The notes beneath the pieces are model-generated. The model did no database searches. It was not told the DNA's origin and worked only from the letters and a program-made list of their open reading frames with translations. The position numbers and the translations under genes are program-made. DNA of 64,000 nucleotides from an uncultured Candidatus Saccharibacteria bacterium (lineage in GTDB: Bacteria; Patescibacteriota; Saccharimonadia; Saccharimonadales; Saccharimonadaceae), in NCBI GenBank assembly GCA_947085845.1, contig CAMTXO010000002.1, positions 234,231 to 298,230 on the forward strand, read 5' to 3'. Below, in pieces: positions 45,729 to 55,246 of this stretch (within the stretch, counting starts at the first letter, position 1; each line of letters begins with the position of its first letter).

Positions 45729-48476
45729 CTATTTTTTATTTAATAGTCGCCAGATAGCAAGACCTATAAGACCCAGCCCGAGCAGACCCAAAAGTATATA
45801 TGTCTGGTCTTTGAGCCAATATAAAACTGCTAGGGCTACACCAGATGAGCCCCATAAAACAACCAAGCGATAGTTTAATACCCCACCGATAGTTAACAAA
45901 ATTACATGTTCTATAAGAAATATCATCTGGTATTTACTAGGATCACCTAGTGCAGCCAGACCTGTAGGGATACTTAGTATACAAAGCGCAGCAATAAGCC
46001 AATGTAGGGCATTATTTTTGTCTGATATTACATAACGTGCACCAGCTAGCACCGCTAGTATAATAGCCCACCAATGTGTATAGACGAGCATGTCGTAATT
46101 ACCACCAAGCGAAAACATTCTTTGCATTGCTAATGTAGCTACTACTGCTGCAGCTTCGTAATAGCCATGTTTTTTTGTACAAGCACCCTCTACCGCCAAT
46201 ATGGCTGCTGCTGCCAATAGTGTTAGAGATGCATTCAGTGCCGTGGTATCAGAGAAGAAGTGGTAGAAAGATCCAAAGAATAGAACAACAAGGCTAATTA
46301 CTACCCAAAACTGAGTTGCAGGTGTGTCTTGACGCTGCCGGCGAAGCCACGCGAGACCATAAAATATTATTGCCCACCAATTTGCATATAGCAGTACGCT
46401 AATATCATTTGCAGTATTTACAGCCACAATTCGTTGCAATGCTAATGTGGTAGCAAGTATAGCGATCTCATAGTATTCATGCTGTTTGTATACCCAGCCC
46501 TCGGCAGTTATTAATACTGATGCTGCAATTAATGTAGCTGCGGCAGCAATTGTATAGGAATCGAAGAATATAAATATCAACCCAGAAGCCATCAGCAGTA
46601 ATACACTGTAGACTCCCATAATTTGAGCTCGAACCTGGTCTTTTTGTGTTGGGAAGAATATTCTTAGTGGATAAAATATAGCAGCAGCTATCCAGGAAGT
46701 CGTCAGTAATCTACGGACCATATCTTCTTCAAATGTACCAACTAGCATATATACTGCAACCAGGAAAACGGCGTTTGCAATAATTTGAATCTGCCCTGTT
46801 TTTTCAATATAAGAAACAGCAGTTAGCAAGATAGCAATGATAGTAAAGTAAGCTGCAGCCCATTCAAAAGCCAAGTTCAAACTTATGATACCGGCGATTA
46901 TTAGATATAGACTATAGCCAGCGATTATTACTTCCTTCTTCTCACCCACTTTTGCCCATAACATTCTGAGCGCTATTGCCGCAGCGCCTATAGCAACGTA
47001 AGCACCAGCTATTAACTGGTAAGACAACTGAGAATCCATGAGGTCTCTGCCGATTTGGATTGGAAGTGCCGCTGCTACAAATATTCCTACCAGTGCAAAA
47101 CGTGCCTGTTGTAGCCAGGCAGCAAGGCTAATGCTTGTAACTACAGTGAGCGCTAGTGATGCAGTGGTCATTTCGGCACGAATATCGGATTGACTCCACA
47201 ATGATATAGCGACAAGCAGGACAGCCATGCCTCCCCAGATCCAAAATTGTTCATCATCACTTTTTGTCTTTTTGATAACCACCGCAGATATAATAATCTG
47301 CACAAGAGCGACAGACGAGAGCACAATACCCGTAGTGACGAGATCTTTTGAAGAAATGTCGTAGGTAAACAATACTACAGCTATACTTGCTGCCAAACGT
47401 GCAAGAAATACATAGATTTGACGATAACTATCTTTGCTAGGTGCAAGCGCAGCTACCCCGTAATGTAGCGCGGCTACCGCCAAAACTACAGCATTTTGCC
47501 ATAGCGGTACCTGGGAGACACCCCACCAACTACCAAATACTGCTAACGGGACAGCTAGCTGTCCGCTATCGTCAATAGGCTTCAAGAAAACACCAGGTAA
47601 TAATTTTGGCCGTAGAAACGCAATAATATTTAGTATTGATGCTACCAAAATAATGAGGATAAAGTACCATACAAATCCTATCTGCAGCACCGCAACGGAA
47701 GAGGTAGTCATTGAGAACACAAAACCAAGAGTTAGATATGCAAGGACTTGGCTCTGCAGTTTTAGCGTCGCAAACAGGAACAATACTAGTCCCAAAATAG
47801 ATGTGATAAACCAACTGAGTACAGGGTCGTGTAATACGAATGTATTTGTAGCAAGCCCAGCAAATGGAAGTAGCGCCAAACCTGTACCAATAAATGCGAC
47901 CGCCGCTGGTCGTAACCGCTGGCTAGAACTATGGAGAATCATTCCCGAACCATAGAACCCTATGGTTACCGCCCAGGCGCCTATAAACTTTAGACTATTG
48001 TCGACTGATCCGCCTATAAATAGTACAGCGGCAGCGACTAATAAAAAGCTGGCAACATATAATATGGTATTAATATTCTGAAGATCACGCTGCTCTTTTG
48101 TTTTCTCATGCGTAATAATCGGTTGCTTTGTTGTTTTTCGTTGTTTTGGAGTAGTTTCTTCAGCTTCTTCACCATCAGAAAAAGGAGACCAGCTGGCCTC
48201 CGTTTCTGTTTTTTCTAGTGTTGCGGTTTGTTTTACTTCCTCACTAACAGTTTTTGTAGCGCTAGTCACGCCCATTTCTTTTAGTAAAACACTCTTATTG
48301 ATCAGTTTCGGTTGTGACGATATAAATGCCACCATATAGTCTCTAACTTCACGTTGACCTTGGAGTCTTAGCTCGTCATTGCTAGCTTTTCCAGAACTAT
48401 TCCCTTTGCCTATAAAGTAGCCAATAGCAAATGGTACCCCAAATACCAACGCCAAGATTAGAAGTATCCCCTCCAT
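45729..48476 (-). CDS. Very large polytopic membrane protein (915 aa) with internal repeats
   Basis: About 25 or more TM helices. The module EG...K.H.YYE.A...TLA.QR....D....Y..WWAII occurs twice. Confidence 0.6.
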   Translation of the reverse strand: MEGILLILALVFGVPFAIGYFIGKGNSSGKASNDELRLQGQREVRDYMVAFISSQPKLINKSVLLKEMGVTSATKTVSEEVKQTATLEKTETEASWSPFSDGEEAEETTPKQRKTTKQPIITHEKTKEQRDLQNINTILYVASFLLVAAAVLFIGGSVDNSLKFIGAWAVTIGFYGSGMILHSSSQRLRPAAVAFIGTGLALLPFAGLATNTFVLHDPVLSWFITSILGLVLFLFATLKLQSQVLAYLTLGFVFSMTTSSVAVLQIGFVWYFILIILVASILNIIAFLRPKLLPGVFLKPIDDSGQLAVPLAVFGSWWGVSQVPLWQNAVVLAVAALHYGVAALAPSKDSYRQIYVFLARLAASIAVVLFTYDISSKDLVTTGIVLSSVALVQIIISAVVIKKTKSDDEQFWIWGGMAVLLVAISLWSQSDIRAEMTTASLALTVVTSISLAAWLQQARFALVGIFVAAALPIQIGRDLMDSQLSYQLIAGAYVAIGAAAIALRMLWAKVGEKKEVIIAGYSLYLIIAGIISLNLAFEWAAAYFTIIAILLTAVSYIEKTGQIQIIANAVFLVAVYMLVGTFEEDMVRRLLTTSWIAAAIFYPLRIFFPTQKDQVRAQIMGVYSVLLLMASGLIFIFFDSYTIAAAATLIAASVLITAEGWVYKQHEYYEIAILATTLALQRIVAVNTANDISVLLYANWWAIIFYGLAWLRRQRQDTPATQFWVVISLVVLFFGSFYHFFSDTTALNASLTLLAAAAILAVEGACTKKHGYYEAAAVVATLAMQRMFSLGGNYDMLVYTHWWAIILAVLAGARYVISDKNNALHWLIAALCILSIPTGLAALGDPSKYQMIFLIEHVILLTIGGVLNYRLVVLWGSSGVALAVLYWLKDQTYILLGLLGLGLIGLAIWRLLNKK

Positions 48477-48503
48477 AATTACCTTAAGCTTACATGAAAA
48501 ACT

Positions 48504-49607
48504 CTACTTAAACAAGCCGCGTTTTTTTGAGGCTGATAATTTTTCAAATAGTTCTTTTTGCTGTTTTGTTAGTTTGGTCGGAGTATCTACTACGATTGTT
48601 ACGATATGAGGACCACGCTTGTCTCCTCGAAGGTGCGGAACTCCATGACCACTAAGCTTAAAATCAGTGCCTGCCTGTGTACCGGCTGGTACCTTCATGG
48701 TCATTACACCATCGACAGTTTCAACATCAATTTCAGCGCCAAGAGCTGCTTCGCTAAATGATATATGTTCATCGCTTAAAATCAAATCGCCTTCTCTTGT
48801 AAATTTCTTGTGAGGTTTCACGCGTATATGAACGAACAAATCACCCTTTGGACCGTTGGCGATGGCTTCGCCATGTTCACGCAATCTAATAGTAGCTCCG
48901 TCATCAATACCTGCTGGGATTTTGAGTTTTATATCTACTTTCTTCCTTTTCGTACCTTTTCCATGACAAACACTACAGTCTTTTTCTGGGATGCGACCTC
49001 TGCCAGAACATATAGGACAATTTTCATCTTGTTGTATTTGACCAAAGATTGTATTGACAATTCTTGACTTCCTGCCAGAGCCTTTACAGGTTTCGCAGAC
49101 TTTCATACCATGACCGGGTTCGGCACGTTTGCCTTTACAGTGCTCGCAGGTATCTTCCAATGTTAGACTAATTTTTTCTTCCAAACCAAAGATTGCCTCT
49201 TCGAAAGATAGTGTTAGTTCGGTCTCTACATCACGACCACGCCGTGCACGAGTTTGTTGTTGCTGGCCGCCACCAAAAAAACTTCCAAAAATATCACCCA
49301 GACCGCCATCACCAAAATCAAAATTACCAGTTTGTCCCTGAAAACCACCAAACCCTTCGAAAGGATTGCTACTAGCACCACCGGAAGATCCACCAACACC
49401 AGCGTGCCCAAACTGATCATACCTTTGGCGTTTGCTTGAGTCTTTTAGGACTTCGTAAGCTTCGTTTGCTTCTTTGAATTTAGCTTCATCACCACCCTCT
49501 TTGTCGGGATGATGCTTGACTGCAAGCTTACGAAAAGCTTTTTTTATTTCATCAGCTGAAGCGCCTTTTGCAATGCCCAGTACTTCGTAATAATCTCGTT
49601 TACTCAT
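48504..49607 (-). CDS. dnaJ: Chaperone DnaJ
   Basis: J domain with HPD, a G/F region, and four CxxCxGxG zinc-finger repeats. Confidence 0.96.
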   Translation of the reverse strand: MSKRDYYEVLGIAKGASADEIKKAFRKLAVKHHPDKEGGDEAKFKEANEAYEVLKDSSKRQRYDQFGHAGVGGSSGGASSNPFEGFGGFQGQTGNFDFGDGGLGDIFGSFFGGGQQQQTRARRGRDVETELTLSFEEAIFGLEEKISLTLEDTCEHCKGKRAEPGHGMKVCETCKGSGRKSRIVNTIFGQIQQDENCPICSGRGRIPEKDCSVCHGKGTKRKKVDIKLKIPAGIDDGATIRLREHGEAIANGPKGDLFVHIRVKPHKKFTREGDLILSDEHISFSEAALGAEIDVETVDGVMTMKVPAGTQAGTDFKLSGHGVPHLRGDKRGPHIVTIVVDTPTKLTKQQKELFEKLSASKKRGLFK

Positions 49608-49626
49608 TACATTCTATGATATCAAT

Positions 49627-49653
49627 TTAGCACTTACGTGTCTAGAGTGCTAA
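49627..49653. promoter_or_regulatory. CIRCE operator (HrcA site) upstream of dnaJ
   Basis: TTAGCACTT-ACGTGTCTA-GAGTGCTAA, compared with consensus TTAGCACTC-N9-GAGTGCTAA. Confidence 0.85.
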
Positions 49654-49695
49654 GTAATTAAGTAATAAATTTCCTATGATATACTAACGTCTGAT

Positions 49696-50814
49696 ATGAA
49701 ATATTTCCTACATCGCGCACTCGGTGCTGTTGGCATGGTTCGCGTCGGTATCCGTCAAGTGTACGGAAGATATTTTGGAAAAATAGAGCATATAGACGGC
49801 AACGCACGTCATGTGAGCGCTGAAATTGTAAAACGTCTCTGGAACGGCACTTTCTACCGAACAAGCTTGGGACATTATGATTTTTTCTGGATGCGTGACT
49901 TTGGTACAGTTGCTGAATCACTTACAAAATTAGGTCATGGAGAAAATGTTCGCAATACTTTAAAATGGGCACTTGTGCATTTTCAAAATATCGACCATGT
50001 AACGCTTTGCATTGATAAATCTGGTCGCACATTTAATGCACCAGATGGGCATAGTATAGACGCTTTACCTTGGCTGCTACACTCACTCGCAGTTAGTCAC
50101 TATGAATTAACACAGAAAGAACGAGTTTTTTTAAACCGTCGTTTGTCAAAATACTCCGAGAGATACATTGACTCTTTCACAGGTCATCTCACCAAAAATC
50201 TTTACGCTGAACTACGTGACGCGGTATTTTATGATCGTAGTGCATATTCGTATGCTTTGGTGGGTCGTCTAGCGGCTGCATCTCAAGAACTTGGCTTACA
50301 TTTTCCCTTTCCAAAAAGTCGTTATGAAGAAGCCTTGGTAAAATACTACTGGAATGGTTCGTTTTTTAGAGCTGACAGCAAACTAAATGTTTTTAGTGCC
50401 GACAGCGCCTTAATGCCTTTCTTTTTGAAGGTAGTTGAAGACGAAAAGTTGGTAAACAAGACATTCGACTATATAAACGATGAAAAACTTAACCGCCCTT
50501 ACCCACTCAAGTACAGTAAAATTGGCGGCAAAATACGCTATCGTTTCGGAATGGGGCCCATTGCGTTGCCAAACTACACAGGCAATAGTATATGGACATG
50601 GCACGCAACATTTTACCTTCATCTTCTTAAGCGCTATAAACGTCGCGAATATGGTCAAGAATATGAGAGATTTGCTTCACTAATCGAACGTCACGGTAAC
50701 TATCCAGAACTGGTAAACCCCGATGGGTCTTGGTATTATGCCCCCTTCTACCGTAGTGATCCTGGTATGGTATGGGCAGCACTTTTTCTAGAATTACCCA
50801 CCCCTCGCGATTAA
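49696..50814 (+). CDS. Glycoside-hydrolase-like (alpha/alpha)6-barrel protein (GDE_C/GH15/GH63-like), tentative
   Basis: The FFWMRDFG motif and protein size are the only support. The family call is weak. Confidence 0.4.
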   Translation: MKYFLHRALGAVGMVRVGIRQVYGRYFGKIEHIDGNARHVSAEIVKRLWNGTFYRTSLGHYDFFWMRDFGTVAESLTKLGHGENVRNTLKWALVHFQNIDHVTLCIDKSGRTFNAPDGHSIDALPWLLHSLAVSHYELTQKERVFLNRRLSKYSERYIDSFTGHLTKNLYAELRDAVFYDRSAYSYALVGRLAAASQELGLHFPFPKSRYEEALVKYYWNGSFFRADSKLNVFSADSALMPFFLKVVEDEKLVNKTFDYINDEKLNRPYPLKYSKIGGKIRYRFGMGPIALPNYTGNSIWTWHATFYLHLLKRYKRREYGQEYERFASLIERHGNYPELVNPDGSWYYAPFYRSDPGMVWAALFLELPTPRD

Positions 50815-50818
50815 GTAC

Positions 50819-50847
50819 TTGACAAATATTGCATAATGGAGTAATAT
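50819..50847 (+). promoter_or_regulatory. Consensus sigma70-type promoter
   Basis: TTGACA (50819-50824), a 17-nt spacer, then TAATAT (50842-50847). It begins 4 nt after the stop of the preceding CDS. Confidence 0.7.
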
Positions 50848-50851
50848 ATAA

Positions 50852-51270
50852 GTCCGCCACAAGTGAGTGGCCAAATGGGAAATAGATAGCCAGACCACAG
50901 AGTGAAATGACAGGCGTACACAAGTACCCTGTCCCTATTCAAGCGGGAGGACCGCAGCAAAGTGGCAATACAGCTCAAACCCTAGGGCAGAGGCCCCTAA
51001 ACCAAGACCTCACCCCCGACTTGACGCAGTCAAGTCACTAGTACCCGAAAGGGTCTACAACACCTGAATGCCCTGAACTTTTCAGTCACGCACTGAGAGT
51101 TGCAGTCGCATACACCGGCCGCGAATAGGGAGGAGAATACGAGATTCCAACAATAGCAGACTTAATAGGACTGAGGCAGACGTGCACTCACCCGACAAAG
51201 CAGCTTGAGGAAGTCGAGTTATCTCCTCCCTACCGGCACTCCAAGCCAGCGAGCAATCGCTGGCTATTTT
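50852..51270 (+). ncRNA. Unclassified ~420-nt structured non-coding RNA candidate
   Basis: It is promoter-to-terminator delimited and clearly more GC-rich than its surroundings, with no credible ORF. It contains many stable hairpins and a long-range GGGAGGAGA/TCTCCTCCC pairing. The terminator is GCCAGCGA-GCAA-TCGCTGGC followed by TATTTT (51245-51270). Confidence 0.6.
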
Positions 51271-51288
51271 CATATATAAACCCTAGAT

Positions 51289-53142
51289 TTATACTACATT
51301 TGTTAAGATATCTTGTAATTCTTGCTCTTCTTCTGAATTTAAAACAAAAGGAAAATCATTAGCACAGAATTTTATAACCCCATCAAGATCGTGTTTTTCT
51401 ACACCTAAGTAATCTTCTAATTCACCTCTTTTTAAGATGTATATCCCCTCTTTGTATTTTTCTTTTATACTTATATCTATTTGTTTTTGTTTTTTTTGGT
51501 CCTCCAGGTTAAAGGGTTTTATTACTCTCTTCGTTTTTATCTTATTTTCTAGGGAATTAACTTTGTAATCCTTGCTCTCGGCAATTTTTAATTTAATTAC
51601 ACAGTCATAGTCACCTAAAAAGAAGCTCTGTATTTTCCAGCCCTCAAGAAACTTCATCCACCTTTTGTGGCTATCTTTACCATCTATAGAAAGAACTCCT
51701 ATAGATTCACCAGGAAATTTTTTTTCTATAAAAGCTCTAAAAAAATATTCATCACTTATGCCCTCAACAAGCAGTATTCTATCTTCAAAGAATATTTTTG
51801 ATGAATTCGTATAGCTCAAATACTGTATTAGATCTTTGGTTTTAGAAGCTTCTACATTGGATTTGACTGACTTTGTATTACCACTATCATCTTTATACAA
51901 ACGAATCACACCTGGAATAGATACTTCATCTACAAAAGCAGGCGAATGAGTAACAAGAATTATTTGCAATTTCCTATCTTTAGAAAATTTTTCGATTATA
52001 TCCTTATACTGTCTTTGTAGTCTTGGGTGTAAGTGAAGTTCTGGCTCATCAATGATTACTATGCCGTCATTGACATTAAACATTCCTAGTGTTAAGAGTA
52101 AATCGATAATTGATTTTTCCCCTGAACTAAGGCTGTTATATGGAACTTCGCCATTGTTTTGTTTTAAGCAAAACTCAAAAGTATGGGTTTCGTATATATA
52201 ATCTTTTAGGTCAAATGATAGTCCTGAGTGCTTTTTAAGATACTTAATTGTTTCATCTTCTTCTAGCGCAGATCGGACGGCTTTTTCAGCTTCTTCTTTT
52301 CCATGCTTTTTTCCTGCAATATAGCCCTTGTCTATGAATTCCTGGAAAAAAATACTATTGCCATTTGACTGATCTTGATAATTACCAAGTGTGCTGGTCT
52401 TTAGCCCTTTTACAGTATTGATTTTTTCATTAAGAAGATCTGTTTTTGATTTGGCACGGCTAAAAGATAACGGGAAACCACTGTATATTCTGCTGGCGCC
52501 TTTCAATAGAAAAGTAGGCTTTAGATTATTTAGAGTATTACTTCCGTCTCCATTTGCATTAATCAGGTCTATTGCTCTGTTGATAAGTTCGTAATTCTCT
52601 AGGTACTGAGTCCATATATTTTGCACTTGTACAGTCGCAGTAATTTGCTGACCATAAATAAAGTCGATCTCTATGTCTTTTTGATTTACCATGAGATATT
52701 TTTTATCTGTTCTCTCAAGGTTAGTTAAAAAAATATCTATATTTTTGTTACTGTAAGCTGCTAAGCAGTTTGTGAGATCTGTAGATATACTTTTTATATA
52801 TTCTAGGTTCTTAATATCCGACTCTTCAAACAAGACAGAAAGCTTGACATTACCTCCGCCCTTGTCCTCTGAGTTTCGGTTGGCAATAAGATGTTCGATA
52901 TTTGTATTATCTTGAATAATTGTTTGTTTTCTAGATTGCTCGTTTATAGAACTACCGTAATTGAGGGTGTATTCACAAAAAAACACTTTCGTAAATATTT
53001 GGTTTATTATTTCAACCAGATTACTCTTGCCAGAACCATTAGGCCCAATAATAATATTGGGCCTATCATCTTCTAATACGATTGGTTCACTAGTTGTTGC
53101 GAAACTACGAATATTTGAAATTTGTATAGATCGCAGTTTCAT
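51289..53142 (-). CDS. OLD-family / PARIS-like ABC ATPase fused to a C-terminal Toprim (DUF4435-like) nuclease domain
   Basis: Walker A GPNGSGKS, signature LSSGEKS, Walker B VIIDEPELHLH, and H-loop VTHSP. The C-terminal region carries ILLVEGISDEYFF and FLGDYD (Toprim E and DxD), then GELEDYL. The SD AAGGAG lies inside the last dnaK codons. Confidence 0.75.
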   Translation of the reverse strand: MKLRSIQISNIRSFATTSEPIVLEDDRPNIIIGPNGSGKSNLVEIINQIFTKVFFCEYTLNYGSSINEQSRKQTIIQDNTNIEHLIANRNSEDKGGGNVKLSVLFEESDIKNLEYIKSISTDLTNCLAAYSNKNIDIFLTNLERTDKKYLMVNQKDIEIDFIYGQQITATVQVQNIWTQYLENYELINRAIDLINANGDGSNTLNNLKPTFLLKGASRIYSGFPLSFSRAKSKTDLLNEKINTVKGLKTSTLGNYQDQSNGNSIFFQEFIDKGYIAGKKHGKEEAEKAVRSALEEDETIKYLKKHSGLSFDLKDYIYETHTFEFCLKQNNGEVPYNSLSSGEKSIIDLLLTLGMFNVNDGIVIIDEPELHLHPRLQRQYKDIIEKFSKDRKLQIILVTHSPAFVDEVSIPGVIRLYKDDSGNTKSVKSNVEASKTKDLIQYLSYTNSSKIFFEDRILLVEGISDEYFFRAFIEKKFPGESIGVLSIDGKDSHKRWMKFLEGWKIQSFFLGDYDCVIKLKIAESKDYKVNSLENKIKTKRVIKPFNLEDQKKQKQIDISIKEKYKEGIYILKRGELEDYLGVEKHDLDGVIKFCANDFPFVLNSEEEQELQDILTNVV

Positions 53143-53148
53143 TTATTG

Positions 53149-55068
53149 CTACTCCTTTTTGGAGCCTTTGTCTTCGTCGATTACTTCACCTTCTACAGGC
53201 TCTTCTGTTTTCTTTTCTTCGCCTTCTTCTGCTGGTTCGCCTGCTGGCGAATTCTCAGCTGCAGCTGCTTCGTACAACTTAGCGCCAATTGGCATTACTT
53301 TTTCAGACAATTCTTTTGCAGCAGTTTCTAGCGCTTCTTTATCTGCAGCTTCGTCCGCCAAAACTTTTTTACCAGCTTCTACTGCCTCTTCGATAACTTT
53401 CTTGTCATCATCAGAAATCTTGTCCTTGTTTTCACTCGGTAGTTTTTCTGCTTGGTAGATACCGTTCTCTAGAGTGTTACGAGCGTCAATAGATTCGCGT
53501 TTTTTCTTGTCGTCTTCAGCATGAGCTTCGGCTTCTTTCTGAGCTTTTTCGATATCTTCTTTGCTCATATTTCCACTGCCAGAAATAGTAATAGACTGTT
53601 CTTTACCAGTTCCTTTATCTTTGGCAGCTACATTCAAAATTCCGTTTGCATCAATATTAAATGTTACTTCGATTTGTGGCACACCGCGAGGTGCAGGCGC
53701 GATGCCATCTAGCGTAAAGCGTCCGAGTGATTTGTTGTCGGTAGACATTTCACGCTCGCCTTGCAGTACATTGATTTCAACCTGCGGCTGATTGTCTGCT
53801 GCAGTTGAATAAGTTTCGGACTTGCTAGTAGGAACTGTTGTGTTTCGCTCGATCAACTTGTGAGTTACACCACCAAGAGTTTCGATACCAAGCGAAAGGG
53901 GAGTGACATCTAGAAGTAGTACATCTTTTACGTCCCCTGCTAATACTCCACCTTGTATAGCTGCACCAACGGCAACTACTTCATCCGGGTTCACGCCTTG
54001 CATAGGGTCTTTACCGAAAATTGATTTTACCTTTTCGACGACTGCAGGCATACGTGTCATACCACCAACAAGTACAATTTCGTCGATATCACTTGCTTTT
54101 AGTTTTGCGTCTTTCAATGCTTTTTCAACTGGTTTTGCCGTTGCGTCGATCAAATCACCTACGATTTCTTCGAGTTTGGCACGAGTCAGTTTGTATTCAA
54201 AATGTTTCGGACCATCTGCATCGGCAGTAAGAAATGGCAGGTTAATGTCTGTAGATGGAGTGCTTGAAAGCTCCTTCTTAGCTTTTTCGGCTTCGTCTTT
54301 GAGACGTTGCATTGCTGCATTGTCGCCTTTTAGATCAACACCGTTTTCTTTTTTGAATTCATCTAAAAAGTGGTTGACGATTCGGTTGTCAAAATCTTCA
54401 CCGCCTAGGTGTGTGTCGCCGTTAGTAGATTTTACTTCGAACACGCCGTCGCCTAGCTCTAATATAGATACATCAAATGTACCACCACCAAGGTCAAAGA
54501 CCGCAATCTTTTCTTCCTTTTTCTGATCTAGCCCGTACGCTAGAGCAGCTGCAGTTGGTTCATTGATTATTCGTTTGACTTCTAGGCCTGCAATCTTACC
54601 CGCATCTTTGGTTGCTTGGCGCTGTGCGTCGTCGAAATATGCTGGAACGGTGATGACCGCTTCAGTCACAGACTCACCTAGAAACGCTTCGGCATCGGCT
54701 TTTAACTTACTCAGGATCATTGCCGAAACAGCTTCTGGCGTTTCACTTCCGTCACCTAATTTTACTGCCACACCATTGCCTTTTTTGACAATTTCAAATG
54801 GCATTAGGTCGATATCTTTTTGTACTTCTTTATCTGTAAATTTACGTCCAATCAAACGTTTCACACCATAGATAGTGTTTTTGGCGTTCGTTACTCGCTG
54901 ACGTTGGGCAACTTGCCCAACTAAACGCTCGCCTTTTTTGTTGACTGCTACGACAGATGGCGTAGTTCGATTACCTTCAGCATTCGCAATAACTTCTGGC
55001 TTGCCCGCAACCATGTAAGCTACTGCGCTGTTAGTAGTACCGAGGTCGATTCCTATGATTTTGCCCAT
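53149..55068 (-). CDS. dnaK: Chaperone DnaK (Hsp70)
   Basis: GIDLGTTNS and DLGGGTFD motifs, full-length Hsp70, with an acidic tail. Confidence 0.97.
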   Translation of the reverse strand: MGKIIGIDLGTTNSAVAYMVAGKPEVIANAEGNRTTPSVVAVNKKGERLVGQVAQRQRVTNAKNTIYGVKRLIGRKFTDKEVQKDIDLMPFEIVKKGNGVAVKLGDGSETPEAVSAMILSKLKADAEAFLGESVTEAVITVPAYFDDAQRQATKDAGKIAGLEVKRIINEPTAAALAYGLDQKKEEKIAVFDLGGGTFDVSILELGDGVFEVKSTNGDTHLGGEDFDNRIVNHFLDEFKKENGVDLKGDNAAMQRLKDEAEKAKKELSSTPSTDINLPFLTADADGPKHFEYKLTRAKLEEIVGDLIDATAKPVEKALKDAKLKASDIDEIVLVGGMTRMPAVVEKVKSIFGKDPMQGVNPDEVVAVGAAIQGGVLAGDVKDVLLLDVTPLSLGIETLGGVTHKLIERNTTVPTSKSETYSTAADNQPQVEINVLQGEREMSTDNKSLGRFTLDGIAPAPRGVPQIEVTFNIDANGILNVAAKDKGTGKEQSITISGSGNMSKEDIEKAQKEAEAHAEDDKKKRESIDARNTLENGIYQAEKLPSENKDKISDDDKKVIEEAVEAGKKVLADEAADKEALETAAKELSEKVMPIGAKLYEAAAAENSPAGEPAEEGEEKKTEEPVEGEVIDEDKGSKKE

Positions 55069-55144
55069 ATTTTTAGATTTCCTCCTAATAATTTTCTTGT
55101 AATTATTCTAGCACTCAAGTGCTTATACTGCCAGTATATTATAG

Positions 55145-55171
55145 CTGGCACTCGTGTGTCAAGAGTGCTAA
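55145..55171. promoter_or_regulatory. CIRCE operator upstream of dnaK
   Basis: CTGGCACTC-GTGTGTCAA-GAGTGCTAA. On the minus strand a TTGACA lies in the spacer. Confidence 0.8.
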
Positions 55172-55246
55172 TTAATTATTTTGACATTCTTATTAACATC
55201 ATAGAAGCAGGTATGGTTACAGCAACAATCTATGATGAAACTACTT

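Noticed and set aside
49696-50814. Confident glycoside hydrolase family assignment for the 372-aa protein
   Set aside because: Only the FFWMRDFG-type motif and the size support it. I could not identify the catalytic acid/base residues by eye, so the call is kept tentative.
50852-51270. Assigning the GC-rich RNA candidate to RNase P RNA, tmRNA, SRP RNA or 6S RNA
   Set aside because: Short resemblances to RNase P exist: AAGUCCGCC at the 5' end, CCAG.C.ACAGAG.G.AA, GGCCAAAUGGG, and a P17-like CCAGCGA-GCAA-UCGCUGG hairpin. They are in the wrong order, there is no room for P1-P3 after the promoter, and no P4 3' strand is present. There are no tRNA-like termini, tag ORF, SRP helix-8 motif or 6S bubble. 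I left it unclassified pending cmscan.
51082-51273. 63-aa minus-strand ORF (and 50627-50923) within the ncRNA region
   Set aside because: There is no RBS and the composition follows the GC-rich structured sequence. The ORF would start inside the terminator hairpin. It is most likely fortuitous.
53903-54526. 207-aa + strand ORF inside dnaK, plus the many other 60-180 aa ORFs antisense to long genes (for example 9901-10437, 56809-57228, 58487-58972, 61157-61546, 52961-53458)
   Set aside because: All lie fully inside, and opposite to, ORFs with unmistakable family motifs. Their sequences are low-complexity Ser/Pro/Ala-rich mirror translations with no RBS.
55108-55126. Possible second CIRCE between the dnaK CIRCE and the dnaK start (TAGCACTC-AAGTGCTTA)
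   Set aside because: It is a compact AGCACT-CA-AGTGCT palindrome without the 9-nt spacer. With a 9-nt spacer the right arm matches consensus poorly. It may be a half-site relic but is not a canonical CIRCE.
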